Shown here one piece after another: positions 27,075 to 39,355 of a stretch of DNA of 64,000 nucleotides. The position numbers and the translations under genes were made by a program. A model generated the notes under the pieces. The model worked only from the letters and a program-made list of their open reading frames with translations. It was not told the DNA's origin and ran no database searches. Each line of letters begins with the position of its first letter. Position 1 is the first letter of the stretch. Source of the stretch: Scyliorhinus canicula. Taxonomy: Eukaryota. The stretch spans positions 293,392,000 through 293,455,999 of the forward strand of contig NC_052146.1 of NCBI RefSeq assembly GCF_902713615.1, written 5' to 3'.

Positions 27075-29345
27075 TCTCAAAGGAGGGCACAAATAACATA
27101 CGAGAAATGTTGGGGAACACAGGGTTATTGAGAGGAACTGAAGGAAATCAGTACTGGTTGGGGAAATTGATGGGATTGAAGGCTGATAAACCCAGGGCCT
27201 GATAATCTACATCCCAGAGTATTTAAGGAAGTGACCCTAGAAATAGTGGATACATTGGTGGTCATCTTCCAAGATTCTATAGACTCTAGAACATTCCTGA
27301 AGATTGGAGGGTAGCTAATGTAGCCCCACTATCGAAAAAGAGAGGCAAGAGAAAACAGGGAATTGTAGAGCAGTCAGCCTGACATCAGCAGTGAGGAAAA
27401 TGCAGATTTAACAGAGGAGCACTGCAAGAAGTCTTACAGGGTGAAGTCCAACAGGTTTGTTTCAAATCACTAGCTTTCGGAGCACTGCTCGTTCCTCAGG
27501 TGAATCAGATGGCAGGATCAGATGGAGTCTGTATGGATTTATGAAAGGGAAATCATAGAAACAGAGAAAATAGGAGGACATTCAGCCCTTCGAGCCTGCT
27601 CCACCATTCATTATCATGGCTGATCATCCAACTCACTAGCCTAGTCTTGCCTTCCCCCCCCCTATTCTTCGAACCCCTTCGCCCCAAGTGCTATATCTAA
27701 CTGCTTCTTGAAGACATATGATGTTTTGGCATCAACTGCTTCCTGTGGTAACGAATTCCACAGACTCATCACTCTCTGGGTGAAGAAATTTCTCATCTCT
27801 GGTTTAGCTCACTGGGCTAAATCGCTGGCTTTTAAAGCAGACCAGCGAGGCCAGCAGCACGGTTCGATTCCCGTACCAGCCTCCCCGGACAGGCGCCGGA
27901 ATGTGGCGACTAGGGGCTTTTCACAGTAATTTCACTGAAGCCTACTCGTGATAATAAGCGATTTTCATTTCATTTCATTTTCCTAAATGGTTTACCCCAT
28001 ATCCTCAGACTGCGACCCCTGGTTCTGGACACCCCCACCATTGGGAACATCCTTCCTGCATCTACCCTGCCTTGTCCTGTTAGAACTTCATATATTTATA
28101 TGAGATCTCTTTTAATTCTTCTCAACCCAGCGAATACCATCCTAACCGACTCATTCTCTCCTCATACATCAATACCGCCATCCCAGGATTAGCCTGCTAA
28201 ATCTTTGCTGTACTCTCTCTACAGCAATAACATCCTTCCGCAGATAAGGAGACTAAAACTACACATAATATTCCAGGCATTTCCTCACTACGGCCATGTA
28301 TACATCACAGAATTGTTATGGTGTAGGAGGAGACCATTTGGTCCATTGTGTCTGCACTGGCTCTCCAAATGAGCATCGTGACAGAGCATCATTCCACCAA
28401 ACCCCTGCACATTAGATGATTATCTAATGCCCTCATAGAACATAGTGCAGAAGGCGGCCATTCGACCCATCAAGTCTGCACCGACCCACTTATGCCCTCA
28501 CTTCCACCCTATCCCCGTAACCCAATAACCTCTCCTAACCTTTTTGGTCACTAAGGGCAATTTAGCATGGCCAATCCACCTAACCTGCACGTCTTTGGAC
28601 TGTGGGAGGAAACTGGAGCACCCGGAGGAAACCCTCTTGAATGCCTCAATTGAACCTGCCTCCACCAGACTGCCAAGCAGCACATTCCCACCCGGAGCAT
28701 TCATTGTGTGAAAATATTTTTTCTCACATCAAATTTATTTTCTTTGCAAGTCAATTTAAATCCATGCCCTATTCTGCTGGATCCTTTTACGAGTGGGAAT
28801 AGTTTGTCCCTACCTACTCTGTTCAGCCCCTTCATGATTTTAAACATCCCTATCAAGTTTCCTCTCAACGTTCTTCTCTCTAAAGGAGAACAGTTCCTTG
28901 GGCAGCATGGTGGCACAGTGGGTTAGCCTTATTGCCTCACGGCGCCGAGGTCCCAGGTTCAATCCCGGCTCTGGTTCACTGTCCATGTGGAGTTTGCACA
29001 TTCTCCCCGTGTTTACGTGGGTTTCGCCCGCACAACCCAAAGATGCGCAGGGTAGGTGGATTGGCCACGCTAAATTGCCCCTTAATTGGAAAAAATGAAT
29101 TGGGTACTCTAAATTTATAAAAAATAATAAAGGGGAACAGTTCCAACCTCTCCAATCTATCCTCATAATGAAATGAAATGAAAATCGCTTATTGTCACGA
29201 GTAGGCTTCAATTAAGTTACTGTGAAAAGCCCCTAGTCGCCACATTACGGCGCCTGTCCGGGAAGGTTGGTACGGGAATCGAACCGTGCTGCTGGCCTGC
29301 TTTAAAAGCCAGCGATTTAGCTGAGTGAGCTAACCCAGCCCCTGT
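27075..29345. mobile_element. Cluster of CR1 fragments in both orientations, with SINEs and a Penelope-like fragment
   Basis: CR1 motifs (PEDWRVANV on plus; LRGNLIGMFKIMKG on minus). Confidence 0.8.
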
Positions 29346-29987
29346 GGACTGTGCACATATATACCCAGGTCCCTCTACTCCTGCACCCCCTTTAGAATTT
29401 TGCTCCATATTTTATACAGTCTCTCCATGTTTTATTGAAGATGTTAAACAAACTATTCTACTCTTGCAAAGCTTTTTCATTTCAGTACAAGTTCTACCCC
29501 AAGTTTCAAGTTCTGCCTCAATGGAAAACAACACGGGTATGGCTGATGATGATTCTGGTGAGAAAAGACCCATACAGCTAGTCATGAAGGAACTAACGCA
29601 GACATCTGCCTAGAAATGGTTCCGTTTAAAACGGAGGTGCAGGGAGAAGAGAATTGGCGTTCTTGGTCACTTGGGAGCCAATAGTTCTTGGTGACACAGC
29701 GGCAGAGCAGATTGAATAGACTCAAGAGAAAATATTCCTGATCAAGGGAGTTGCACTGGAATGGTCTTGCAGATCAGGTTCATTTTGCCTCCTTTCATCC
29801 CAGTGAGTGTCTGGCCTACATTTTCCACATCAAGGCTGGAATTTGGGAATTGACGTGGAGAGCTGCAATCGCAATTCATTGGTCCATTCAGCTGCCATAT
29901 GTATCTCGCTCACTAAATTGTGACAAGCTCAGTTTGTCAAAACTAATTAACTTTGATCAAGCAAACAAAAATTAAGTATGAATGTAC

Positions 29988-30079
29988 CTGTAATGCAGGA
30001 AGAAACTGTGTGTCACGCTCCAGAGCCACCACTCTCTGAGCTCCACCATTCAGCAATGCACGTGTCAAAACTCCAGGCC
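29988..30079 (-). CDS. TFB2M: TFB2M coding exon 2 (SAM-binding motif region)
   Basis: 92 nt, ag/gt bounded; (G)[30 protein letters not shown], continuing the ECNPGPG motif. Confidence 0.95.
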
Positions 30080-30172
30080 CTAAGAATGTAATCAAACCAA
30101 ACTAATCATCAAGGGAGGGGAAAAGATCCTTCAGCAAAGTACAAACATACGTTCAAAAAAGAGTACCCTTAC

Positions 30173-30593
30173 CTGGATTGCACTCAAAGATTATCGCGTT
30201 TCTTTCAGAGAGGTCACCATCAAGACAGTCCACTATTAGATTTGCCAGGTCGGGATTGAGAACAAATCTCCTGAAATGTTTGCTCCTCTCTGCCTTAATT
30301 ATTATATCTTCAATGTCCTCCAGGTCCATAAAGTCAACCCTGGATAATGGCCTCTGCCATTCCTTTCTCAAGATTGAACTGGTGACTCCCGACAAGCATC
30401 TCCGTGTCCTTCCACAATAGGTTGAATATTCCGCAAGCTTGTGTAGAGCCTGGGATTTTAGTGGGCTACTGTCAGGAAACCTTGTGTCACGGGAATACGA
30501 TTTTGCTAAATGCTGGACTTGTTGAGGACAACCACATGCTCTACAGAGAACAGTCCTTAATGTGAAAAGTGCACTCTTGTTTAATAACGCCAT
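30173..30593 (-). CDS. TFB2M: TFB2M (mitochondrial transcription factor B2 / dimethyladenosine transferase 2), coding exon 1
   Basis: ATG at 30593; MALLNK...FRRFVLNPDLANLIVDCL...IIFECNPG; acceptor tttcag just before 30605; donor CAG|gtaagg, phase 1. Confidence 0.93.
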
Positions 30594-32055
30594 TATGGTG
30601 GTGATCTGAAATAAAAGGGAAGAATTAAAATTCCAGAGGATGAAATAAAAATCCTATCCATCATTCACACCATGTCTCGGCCCTGGGTCACACATCTCCC
30701 CATGTATGTGTGGGTCTCACCCTCACTACCCAAAGACATGCAGGGTTGTGGGAGTGAGCATTGGCTACGCTAAATTGCCCCTTAATTTTTTTTTTTAAAT
30801 AGACCAAACGAATTGCACCCTACACCTCACAACACGATAGCAGCAAAGGGAACTCAAAACCTTGCAGAGAAGATGATGGAGGAAAACAAAAAAATCAAAT
30901 AAACATTCTGAGCTGAAGAAAAATTCAAGAAGCGAAGGCGCGGAAGGAAATCACCAGAGAAAAGCTCCAAAAGAAAGGCTTGGATGCTGACGGCAGAAAT
31001 TAAATTCCTTACTGCAGCATAAGCTCCACTGAATTCCATGGAAGCGCAGCTTCAAGAAGCAGAGTGTGTGCAGAGTCAGCAGACCTAATATGGGGGAGCT
31101 AAAAAATTAATTCCTGGACAATACAAGTGTGGAAAAAAGTTATATCCTGCAGTGGTCAGAAATTGCCATTTAAATTTCAGTCCAAGAAACCAGATTTCCA
31201 AGTCTGCGCCTGAACACATAGCTTGTTCTGCAGCAAGAAAAATAATTTAAAATCAATCACGGCTGAGTAGGAGCTTAAAAAACTCAGTAAAAGCAGGGAT
31301 TCAACTCTTCCAAGGCCTGACAACGTTTCACTAAAGTGGGAAAGACTCTAACCAGTAATTCCAGGCAAGCTTTGCTGAAAAAAGTTGAAAATGCTGTGAT
31401 CACAAACACAATGATGGCAGGAGCCTGCCAAAGGGGCAGCACGGTAGCATTGTGGATAGCACAATCGCTTCACAGCTCCAGGGTCCCAGGTTCGATTCCC
31501 GGCTTGGGTCACTGTCTGTGCGGAGTCTGCACATCCTCCCTGTGTGTGCGTGGGTTTCCTCCGGGTGCTCCGGTTTCCTCCCACAGTCCAAAGATGTGCA
31601 GGTTAGGTGGATTGGCCATGCTAAATTGCCCTTAGTGTCCAAAATTGCCCTTAGTGTTGGGTGGGGTTACTGGGTTATGGGGATAGGGTGGAGGTGTTGA
31701 CCTTGGGTAGGGTGCTCTTTCCAAGAGCTGGTGCAGACTCGATGGGCCGAATGGCCTCCTTCTGCGCTGTAAATTCTATGAAAACCTGCAAAGCACAGGA
31801 AAATCCTTTGTGAAGAAACGGTCAGCAGGGCCATATTGGATTTGCAGAAAACTCGTGAAGCTGAACCTGCAATTTAAAATTTTTAACCTTGATCAGAAAT
31901 TCACTCTTCCAGTTCAACAACTTTGAAGGCTCTGGAGAAAGAGAGATTTCTGAGAAAAGACGGAAACTGAACAAATTAACACACTGCTTTTCTTTGGCAG
32001 GATCGATAGTCGACAATATAATAGCTAGACAAGGAATCAACAAATCATCTGTAAA

Positions 32056-32692
32056 AAAAAAAGCAAATTACTGCGGATGCTGGAGTCTGAAACAAAAGAG
32101 AAAATACTGGAAAATCTCAGCAGGTCTGGCAGCATCTGTAGGGAGAGAAAAGAGCTAACGTTTCAAGTCCGTTGACTCTTTGTCAAAGCTCATGGGATCA
32201 TAGAAAATAGGAGGCCAGCGAATACAATCCTAACCGACTCATTCTCTCCTCATACATCAGTACTGCCATCCCAGGATTAGTCTGCTAAATCTTTGCTGCA
32301 CTCTCTCTACAGCAATAACATCCTTCCGCAGATAAGGAGACTAAAACTACACATAATATTCCAGGTGTTTCCTCACTAAGGCCCTGTATATATATCACAG
32401 AATTGTTATGGTGTAGAAGGAGACCATTTGGTCCATTGTGTCTGCACTGGCTCTCCAAATGAGCACCGTGACTGAGCAACATTTCACCAAACCCCTGCAT
32501 ATTATAGATGATTATCTAATGCCCTCTTGAATGCCTCAATTGAACCTGCCTCCACCAGACTTCCAAGCAGCACATTCCCACCCGGAGCACCCAGAGCTTT
32601 GACAAAGAGTCATCGGACTCGAAACGTTAGCTCTTTTCTCTCCCTACAGATGCTGCCAGTCCTGCTGAGATTTTCCAGCATTTTCTCTCTCT
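32056..32692. mobile_element. Penelope-like inverted-repeat element carrying a captured ~400-bp insert
   Basis: Arms 32056-32191 and 32594-32692 are reverse complements; 14-bp TSD AAATCATCTGTAAA (32042-32055 / 32693-32706). Confidence 0.85.
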
Positions 32693-32749
32693 AAATCATC
32701 TGTAAAGTTTGATGAAGTTGTAAAATCATCCATACTTTTTATTCTTTCA

Positions 32750-33975
32750 TGGGACATAGCCGCTGGCTAGTCCAACATTTTTATTGCCCATCCTCAATTT
32801 TCCTTGAGAAGCTGGTGGTTAGTCACCTTCTTGAACTGCTGCAGTTCATGTGGTATAAGAACACCCATGGTGTCAATAAAAGATTATTATTCGGAAGGGA
32901 GTTTCAGGATATTGACCCAGCGACAGTGAAGGAATGGTGACAGTTCCAAATGAGGATGGCGAATGGCTTGGAGGGGAAATTGCAGGTGGTGGTGTTCCCA
33001 TGCATCTGCTGCCCTTGTTCTTCCAGGTGGTAGAGGTTGAAGGTTTGGAAGATACTAAAGAAGCTTTGGTGAGTTGTTGCAGTGCATTTTGTAGATGGCA
33101 CACGGCTGCATCGTGCGCCAGTGGTGGAGGATGGGGTGACAATGAAGCAGGTTGCTTTGTCCTGGATGGAGTCAAGTTTCTTGAATGTTGTTGGAGCTGG
33201 ACTCATCCAGGAAAGTGGAGTGTATTCTGGACTTGTGCCTTGTGGACAGGCTTTGGGGAATTAGTCGACACATGTTTCCCAGCCTCTTGTAGCCACAGTA
33301 TGTATATGGCTGGCTCAGTTCAGTTGGTAACCCGCCCCAAGATGTTGATAATGGGGGAATTCAGCAAAGGTAATGCATTGAATGACAAGGAGAGATGTTT
33401 AGATTCTCTCTTGGTGGAGATGGCCATTGCCTGGCACAAATGTTACTCGTCACTGATTCAGGTCTTGCTGCGTGTGAGCAAGAACTGTTTCAGTATCTGA
33501 GGAGTCACGGATGTTGTGCAATCATCCCCGCTTCTAACCTTATGATGGAGGGAAGGTCATTGATAAACCAGCTGAAGATGGAAGATAGAAACTACCCTAA
33601 AGAACTCTGCAGTGATGTCCTAGGAGGAGATGATTGACCTCCAACAACCACAACCATCTTTCTTTGTAATAGGTGCGACTCCAACCAATGGAACGTCTCC
33701 CCCCCCCCCCCCCCAAACCCCGGTTTCCATTGATTTCAGTTTTGCTAGGGTCTCTTTGATGCCATACTCAGTCAGTCAAATGCTGCCCTGATGTCAAGGG
33801 CAGTTACTCGCACCTCACCTCTGGAGATCAGCTCTTTGATTCATGTTTTGATTAAGGCTGTAATGAGGTCAGGAGCGGAGTGGCCCTGACTGAATGTAAA
33901 TCAAGCAAGAGTGAGAAGGTTGTTTCTGATTAAGTGCCACTTGACAGTACTGTCGACAACACTTTCAATCACTTA
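32750..33975 (-). mobile_element. Old CR1/L2-group LINE fragments plus associated tail repeat
   Basis: KLDSIQDKATCFI and RT remnants on the minus strand; heavily degenerate. Confidence 0.6.
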
Positions 33976-33984
33976 ATCTCAGAA

Positions 33985-34228
33985 ATAACAAAATCCTTCA
34001 AAAGGCTAAATTTAGTAAAATGTGTCCAGCAACCAGGAGAAACTGTTGACTCCTTCTCAGCTGCACAGAATAGCCGAAGACTAGGATTAGTGTCCTGAAA
34101 TCTGAACTAATCATGGAGACAACAGTTGGAGTAGCAGATGAGGCACTCTCCAACTTGTTTCAAGCAAAGAAAGATCTAACCCTTGAAAGATCCATCCAGA
34201 TTGTCAGGCAATCGGAAATCACATCATC
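33985..34228 (+). mobile_element. Gypsy gag remnant
   Basis: QQPGETVDSF...VGVADEALS..QAKKDLTLERSIQIVRQSE. Confidence 0.6.
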
Positions 34229-35699
34229 AGGGGCTGATTTAGCACAGTGAGCAAAACAGCTGGCTTGTAATGCAGAACAATGCTAGCAGCGCGGGTTCAA
34301 TTCTCGTACCGACCTCCCCAAGAAGGTGCCAGAATGTGGCGACTAGGGGCTTTTCACAGTAACTTAATCGAAGGGCTGCAGAAGGATTTGGACAGACTAG
34401 GAGAGTGGGCAAAGAAGTGGCAGATGGAATACAATGCGGAAAAGTGTGAGGTTATGCACTTTGGAAAGAGGAATGGAGGCATAGACTATTTTCTAAATGC
34501 TTAAGAAATCAGAAGCAAAAAGGGACTTGGGAGTCTGATAGTAATCGACTATTTCCTGATCGATTTGATAGGTAAAAGAAAGCTATTTAGTGTAAATATT
34601 AAGCCCCAGTTTTAATATTCATTTTAAATTGAGGATTTCAGCACTCATAACCTCAGGTCAGGATAAAACAATAGCTTCAACAGAGACACAAAAAAAGCCT
34701 GACATGCATAAACTAATTGGAGATTAAAACATCATTTTCACAAAGCAAGATGAAAAAGCTATTGTTCTAATAAACATATTTTCAAAGACAGTTTGAGATT
34801 AAGAAATGAGCTGCATCAGTAATCAAATCAAGGACAAAGCAGGCACCATAGCAACATGAAGGCACCATTGTTCACAATGTGGATAAAGCAGTCAGCAAAA
34901 AACCAGAAGAAAATAGTCTTGACAATAGCACAGAATCACATTCCATAACTTACACAAATATTCAAACATGAAACATTCAGAATTTATGTTGCACATTAAG
35001 GATTGACAGCTAATCATTGAATCAAATGTACTTGATTCTAACCCAAACCAATTAGGACGACATAGACATGTAGATAGATGACTAAAGTCTGATAAGATTC
35101 TCCTTAAACATGATGATCCGTACGGCCACCTTTATCCAGGATCATCCTATACTTTGATCTAACTACTCGCTATCCTTATTAAAAAAAAAAGAAATTTAGA
35201 GTACCCAATTCATTTTTTCCAATTAAGGGACAATTTAGCATGGCCACCACCTAGCTTGCACATCTTTTGGGTTGTGGGGGCGAAACCCACGCAGACACGG
35301 GGAGAATGTCCAAACTCCACACGGACAGTGACAGAGAGCCGGGATTGAACCTGGGACCTCGGCGCCGTGAGGCTGCAGGGCTAATCCACTGCGCCACCGT
35401 GCTGCCCTCTACTTGCTATCCTTATTTGCAAATTTTCACTTTTCCATTCTAACTCTTGACTGTTTTGCCGTAAGCAAGAAACCATTTCTGTATTATTTTG
35501 AAAGTTAAATTGTTTATAAGTTATTTCTGTTTAAGTCATTTTGCTAGCAGGACTTTATTGAGAATAGATTTACGTTTCTCTCAATTGTAATCAGATAGAG
35601 GCAATAAAGATTCTTGTTTGCATCCGAGAAGTTTAACTCCAATTTCTACTGAGTTTTAGTGTCGCAAGACTGCATTAATTCCGCATGGTAGATCCCATC

Positions 35700-36390
35700 A
35701 AAGTCCTTGTTCACGATTTTCTTAAGGTTAACATGCAGGTTCAGTTGGCAGTTAGGAAGGCAAATGCAATGTTAGCATTCATGTCGAGAGGGCTAGAATA
35801 CAAGACCAGGGATGTACTCCTGAGGTTGGAAAGGCGCTGGTCAGACTCCATTTGGAGTATTGTGAGCAGTTTTGGGCCCAGTATCGAAGGAAGGATGTGC
35901 TGGCCTTGGAAAGAGTCCAGAGGAGGTTCACAAGAATAATACCTGGCATGAAAAGCTTGTCCTATAAGGAACGGTTGAGGACTCTGGGTCTGTACTCGTT
36001 GTTGGAGTTCAGGATGAGGGGGGATCTTATTGAAACTTACAGGATACTGCAAGACCTTGGTACAGTGGACGTGGAGAGGATGTTTCCACTTGTAGGAAAA
36101 ACTAGAAGCAGGGGACACAATCTCAGACTAAAGGGACGATCCTTTAAAACAGAGATGAGGAGGAATTTCTTCAGCCAGAGGGTGGTGAATCTGTGGAACT
36201 CTTTGCCCCAGAAGGTTGTGGAGGCCAAATCACTGAGTGTCTTTGAGACAGAAATAAATTCTTGATTAATAAAGGGATATGGGGAGAAGGCAGGAGAATG
36301 GGGATGAGAAAAATATCAGCCATGATTGAATGGCAGAGGAGACTCAATGGGCCAAGTAGCCTAATTCTGCTCCTATGTCTTTTGGTCTAA
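35700..36390 (+). mobile_element. CR1 3' fragment
   Basis: EYCEQFW...ERVQRRFTRIIPG...NFFSQRVVNLWNSLP plus tail. Confidence 0.9.
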
Positions 36391-36392
36391 GA

Positions 36393-36572
36393 GAACAGTA
36401 AGAAGTCTTACAACACCAGGTTAAAATCCAACAGGTTTGTTTCGGAGCGCAGACCCTTCATCAGCTGCACTCTGAAAGCTAGTTATTTGAAACAAACCTG
36501 TTGGACTTTAACCTGGTGTTGTAATACTTCTTTCTGAGCCCACCCCAGTCCAACACTGGCATCGCCACATCA
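36393..36572. mobile_element. Second Penelope-like palindromic family
   Basis: AAGAAGTCTTACAACACCAGGTTAAA mirrored by TTTAACCTGGTGTTGTAATACTTCTT; TSD GGTCTAAGA; one arm also at ~27420-27505. Confidence 0.75.
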
Positions 36573-37735
36573 GGTCTAAGAAAACACAGGGCCTGCACTT
36601 CAGAGATCAGTCTTGTGTTGGACAGGGCCTTGTATAGAAGCTTGGAGACAGCTCCCAGCTTGGACCTTTACTGTATCTCTGTATATAGTTTCTAGCAGTT
36701 AAACGCATACTGTCAAACCGCCTACGAGTACAAGTATCTTAATAAGACCAACTAAACTACACGCAGCACCTTACAACAGCTGGTATCAGGAAATAAAAAT
36801 ATAGCCAAAGATCCCAACATCCTTTCAAAATGAAATATGATACTCATACCTAATCTGTACTGCGTAACTCCTGTGCCCATATACCTAGTTGACTCGATTG
36901 CTCTGCAAACTAGCATTACTATAAGCCAAGTGGGGGCCAGTAATGAATGCACATCATGCATATATGTATGTTTGTATGTTTGAAAATACTGGAGAGAAAG
37001 TTTGATCATGCATCTCCTCCTCTCTCTCTTTCCCCCCTCCCTTTTTCTCTCAATGCATTTTAGTCATAGAATCATAGAATGTACAGTGCAGCAGGCAGCC
37101 ATTCAGCCTATCGAGTCTGCACCTACCCAGACAAAGAGCATCCTACTGATTCCCATGTATCTACCCTGTCCCCGCAACCCCCACTTAACATTTTTTGTAC
37201 GCTCAGGACAATTTAGCATGGCCAATACACCTAACCCACACATCTTTGGACTGTGGGAGGGAACCGGAGCACCTAGAGGAAACCCACGCAGACACGGGGA
37301 GAACCTGCAGACTCCGCACAGACAGTGACCCAGCCAGGAATCGAACCTGGGACTCAGGAGCTGGGAAGCAACTGTGCTGACCACGATGCTACCGTGCTTT
37401 CCCCGACTAAAGTTCTCTCTGAGAGCAGGTAACCACCGCCACACTGGTGACTACAAATTGAAATGTGCAGCACTGCATGGTGCTGAATGCGGAATTTCAG
37501 CGTCGTTACCCAACACGTTGGGGGAAAAGGACACATAACAAAAGTAGAGTCGGCCCTCTCCCGGGCAGCACCCCTCAAGCGGGAGGGAGATTGGTCTCCT
37601 CGTGTTTCAAACAGCAGCAGGTCAGCCTGGCCCACCTGGACACCATGCATTGCTGCTGTCAGCCGCCATGGAGACTCCTTCCTGCATTGCGGAGACCAAT
37701 ATACAAGACGTGCAGAGGGTGTCATTGGAGCTGAC

Positions 37736-37845
37736 CTGATGGGGGAGAAGCCCAGCCTGCAGAGTGGGTTCAGGCGCCGCTCATGATGCTGCCGTTGCCG
37801 CCGCTGACGCTCTCCTCAAACGGGCCGCCGCCATTGTGACATTGA
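37736..37845 (-). other. TFB2M: Probable 5'UTR exon 1 of TFB2M containing upstream ORFs
   Basis: CpG-rich; donor CAG|gtcagc at 37736/37735; the ATG exon starts with a splice acceptor, so an upstream exon is required; transcription start not defined. Confidence 0.65.
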
Positions 37846-38180
37846 ACTCCACGTGACCGGCGTCCTATTACGTCTGACGTCACCATCGAGGCCCTGGCGA
37901 CGCTCGAGGCTCCGCTCTGCGGTCAGTGATTAGAATTATGCACAAAAACAAACAAATCCCTTCACTCCGGGCCATTTACAATCACACCGGAGAGAGTGTG
38001 TGTAAGTAAGGAAGGAAGAACGATTACATTCTTCCACGCTGCTGCGACACGCCAAGTATCTGCTTTGAATCACGGTTCTGATCGATGGGAGCGGCCTCCT
38101 CCTCCCCCGCCCACCCGGCGAACATTCGGGAAGATGACGGTGCGCGTGCCCGTGCGGATGCGCGTGCCCTTTGCCTTGGG
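37820..38180 (-). promoter_or_regulatory. TFB2M CpG promoter
   Basis: YY1-like GCCGCCATT (~37827-37835), E-box CACGTGAC 37850-37857, CRE TGACGTCA 37875-37882, two NRF1-like TGCGCGTGCC near 38141 and 38159. Confidence 0.65.
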
Positions 38181-38249
38181 CAATTTGTCCCATGTACACC
38201 TAGGTCGAGGTCATTGTTTCAGATCATGAAGATCAGCAATACCAACCCT

Positions 38250-39355
38250 TCCACTCACCACCTCTCCCATTCACTCTCCCTCCTCACTTACCCCCCCCCC
38301 TTGCCACCTCTCCCAGTCACTCTCCCTCCTCACTCCCCCCTTGCCACCTCTCCCTCCTCACTCCCCCCTTGCCACCTCTCCCATTCACTCTCCCTCCTCA
38401 CTCCCCCCGCCCCTTGCCACCTCTCCCATTCACTCTCCCTCCTCACTCCCCCCTTGCCACCTCTCCCATTCACTCTCCCTCCTCACTCCCCCCTTGCCAC
38501 CTCTGCCATTCACTCTCCCTCCTCACTCCCCCTTGCCACCTCTCCCATTCACTCTCCCTCCTCACTCCCCCCTTGCCACCTCTCCCATTCACTCTCCCTC
38601 CTCACTCCCCCCTTGCCACCTCTGCCATTCACTCTCCCTCCTCACTCCCCCCTTGCCACCTCTCCCATTCATTCTCCCTCCTCACTCCCCCCGCCCCATG
38701 CCACCTCTCCCATTCACTCTCCCTCCTCATTCCCCCCCTTGCCACCTCTCCCATTCACTCTCCCTTCTCACTCACACCCCTTGCCACCTCTCCCATTCAC
38801 TGTCCCTCCTCACTCCCCCCCTTGCCACCTCTCCCATTCACTCTCCCTTCTCACTCACACCCTTTGCCACCTCTCCCATTCACTGTCCCTCCTCACTCCC
38901 CCCTTGCCACCTCTCCCATTCACTCTCCCTCCTCACCCCCCTTGCCACCTCTCCCATTCACTGTCCCTCCTCACTCCCCCTTGCCACCTCTCCCATTCAC
39001 TCTCCCTCCTCACCCCCCCTTGCCACCTCTCCCGTTCACTGTCCCTCCTCACTCTCCCCTTGCCATCTCTCCTGTTCACTGTCCCTCCTCATTCCCCCTT
39101 GCCACCTCTCCCGTTCACTCTCCCTCCTCACCCTCCTCTTGCCATCTCTCCCGTTCACTGTCCCTCCTCATTCCCCCTTGCCCCCTCTCCTGTTCACTGT
39201 TCCTCCTCATTACCCCTTGCCACCTCTCCCGTTAACTCTCCCTCCTCACCCTCCCCTTGCCACCTCTCCCGTTCACTTTCACCCCTCACCCCCCCCCTCC
39301 CCCCCCCCCCCCCCCCCTCCCCCCCGCAACCTCTCCCGTTCAATGTCCCTCCTCA
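38250..39355. repeat. ~38-bp C/T-rich minisatellite (TTGCCACCTCTCCCATTCACTCTCCCTCCTCACTCCCCCC)n
   Basis: Roughly 28 visible tandem units; a degenerate continuation lies beyond a SINE, to ~39800. Confidence 0.95.

Noticed and set aside
29540-29760. TGATGA...CTGA C/D-box snoRNA-like motifs
   Set aside because: They are antisense to the host intron and have no convincing terminal stem.
38250-39355. CRISPR-like repeat periodicity
   Set aside because: There are no unique spacers or cas genes, and the context is eukaryotic.
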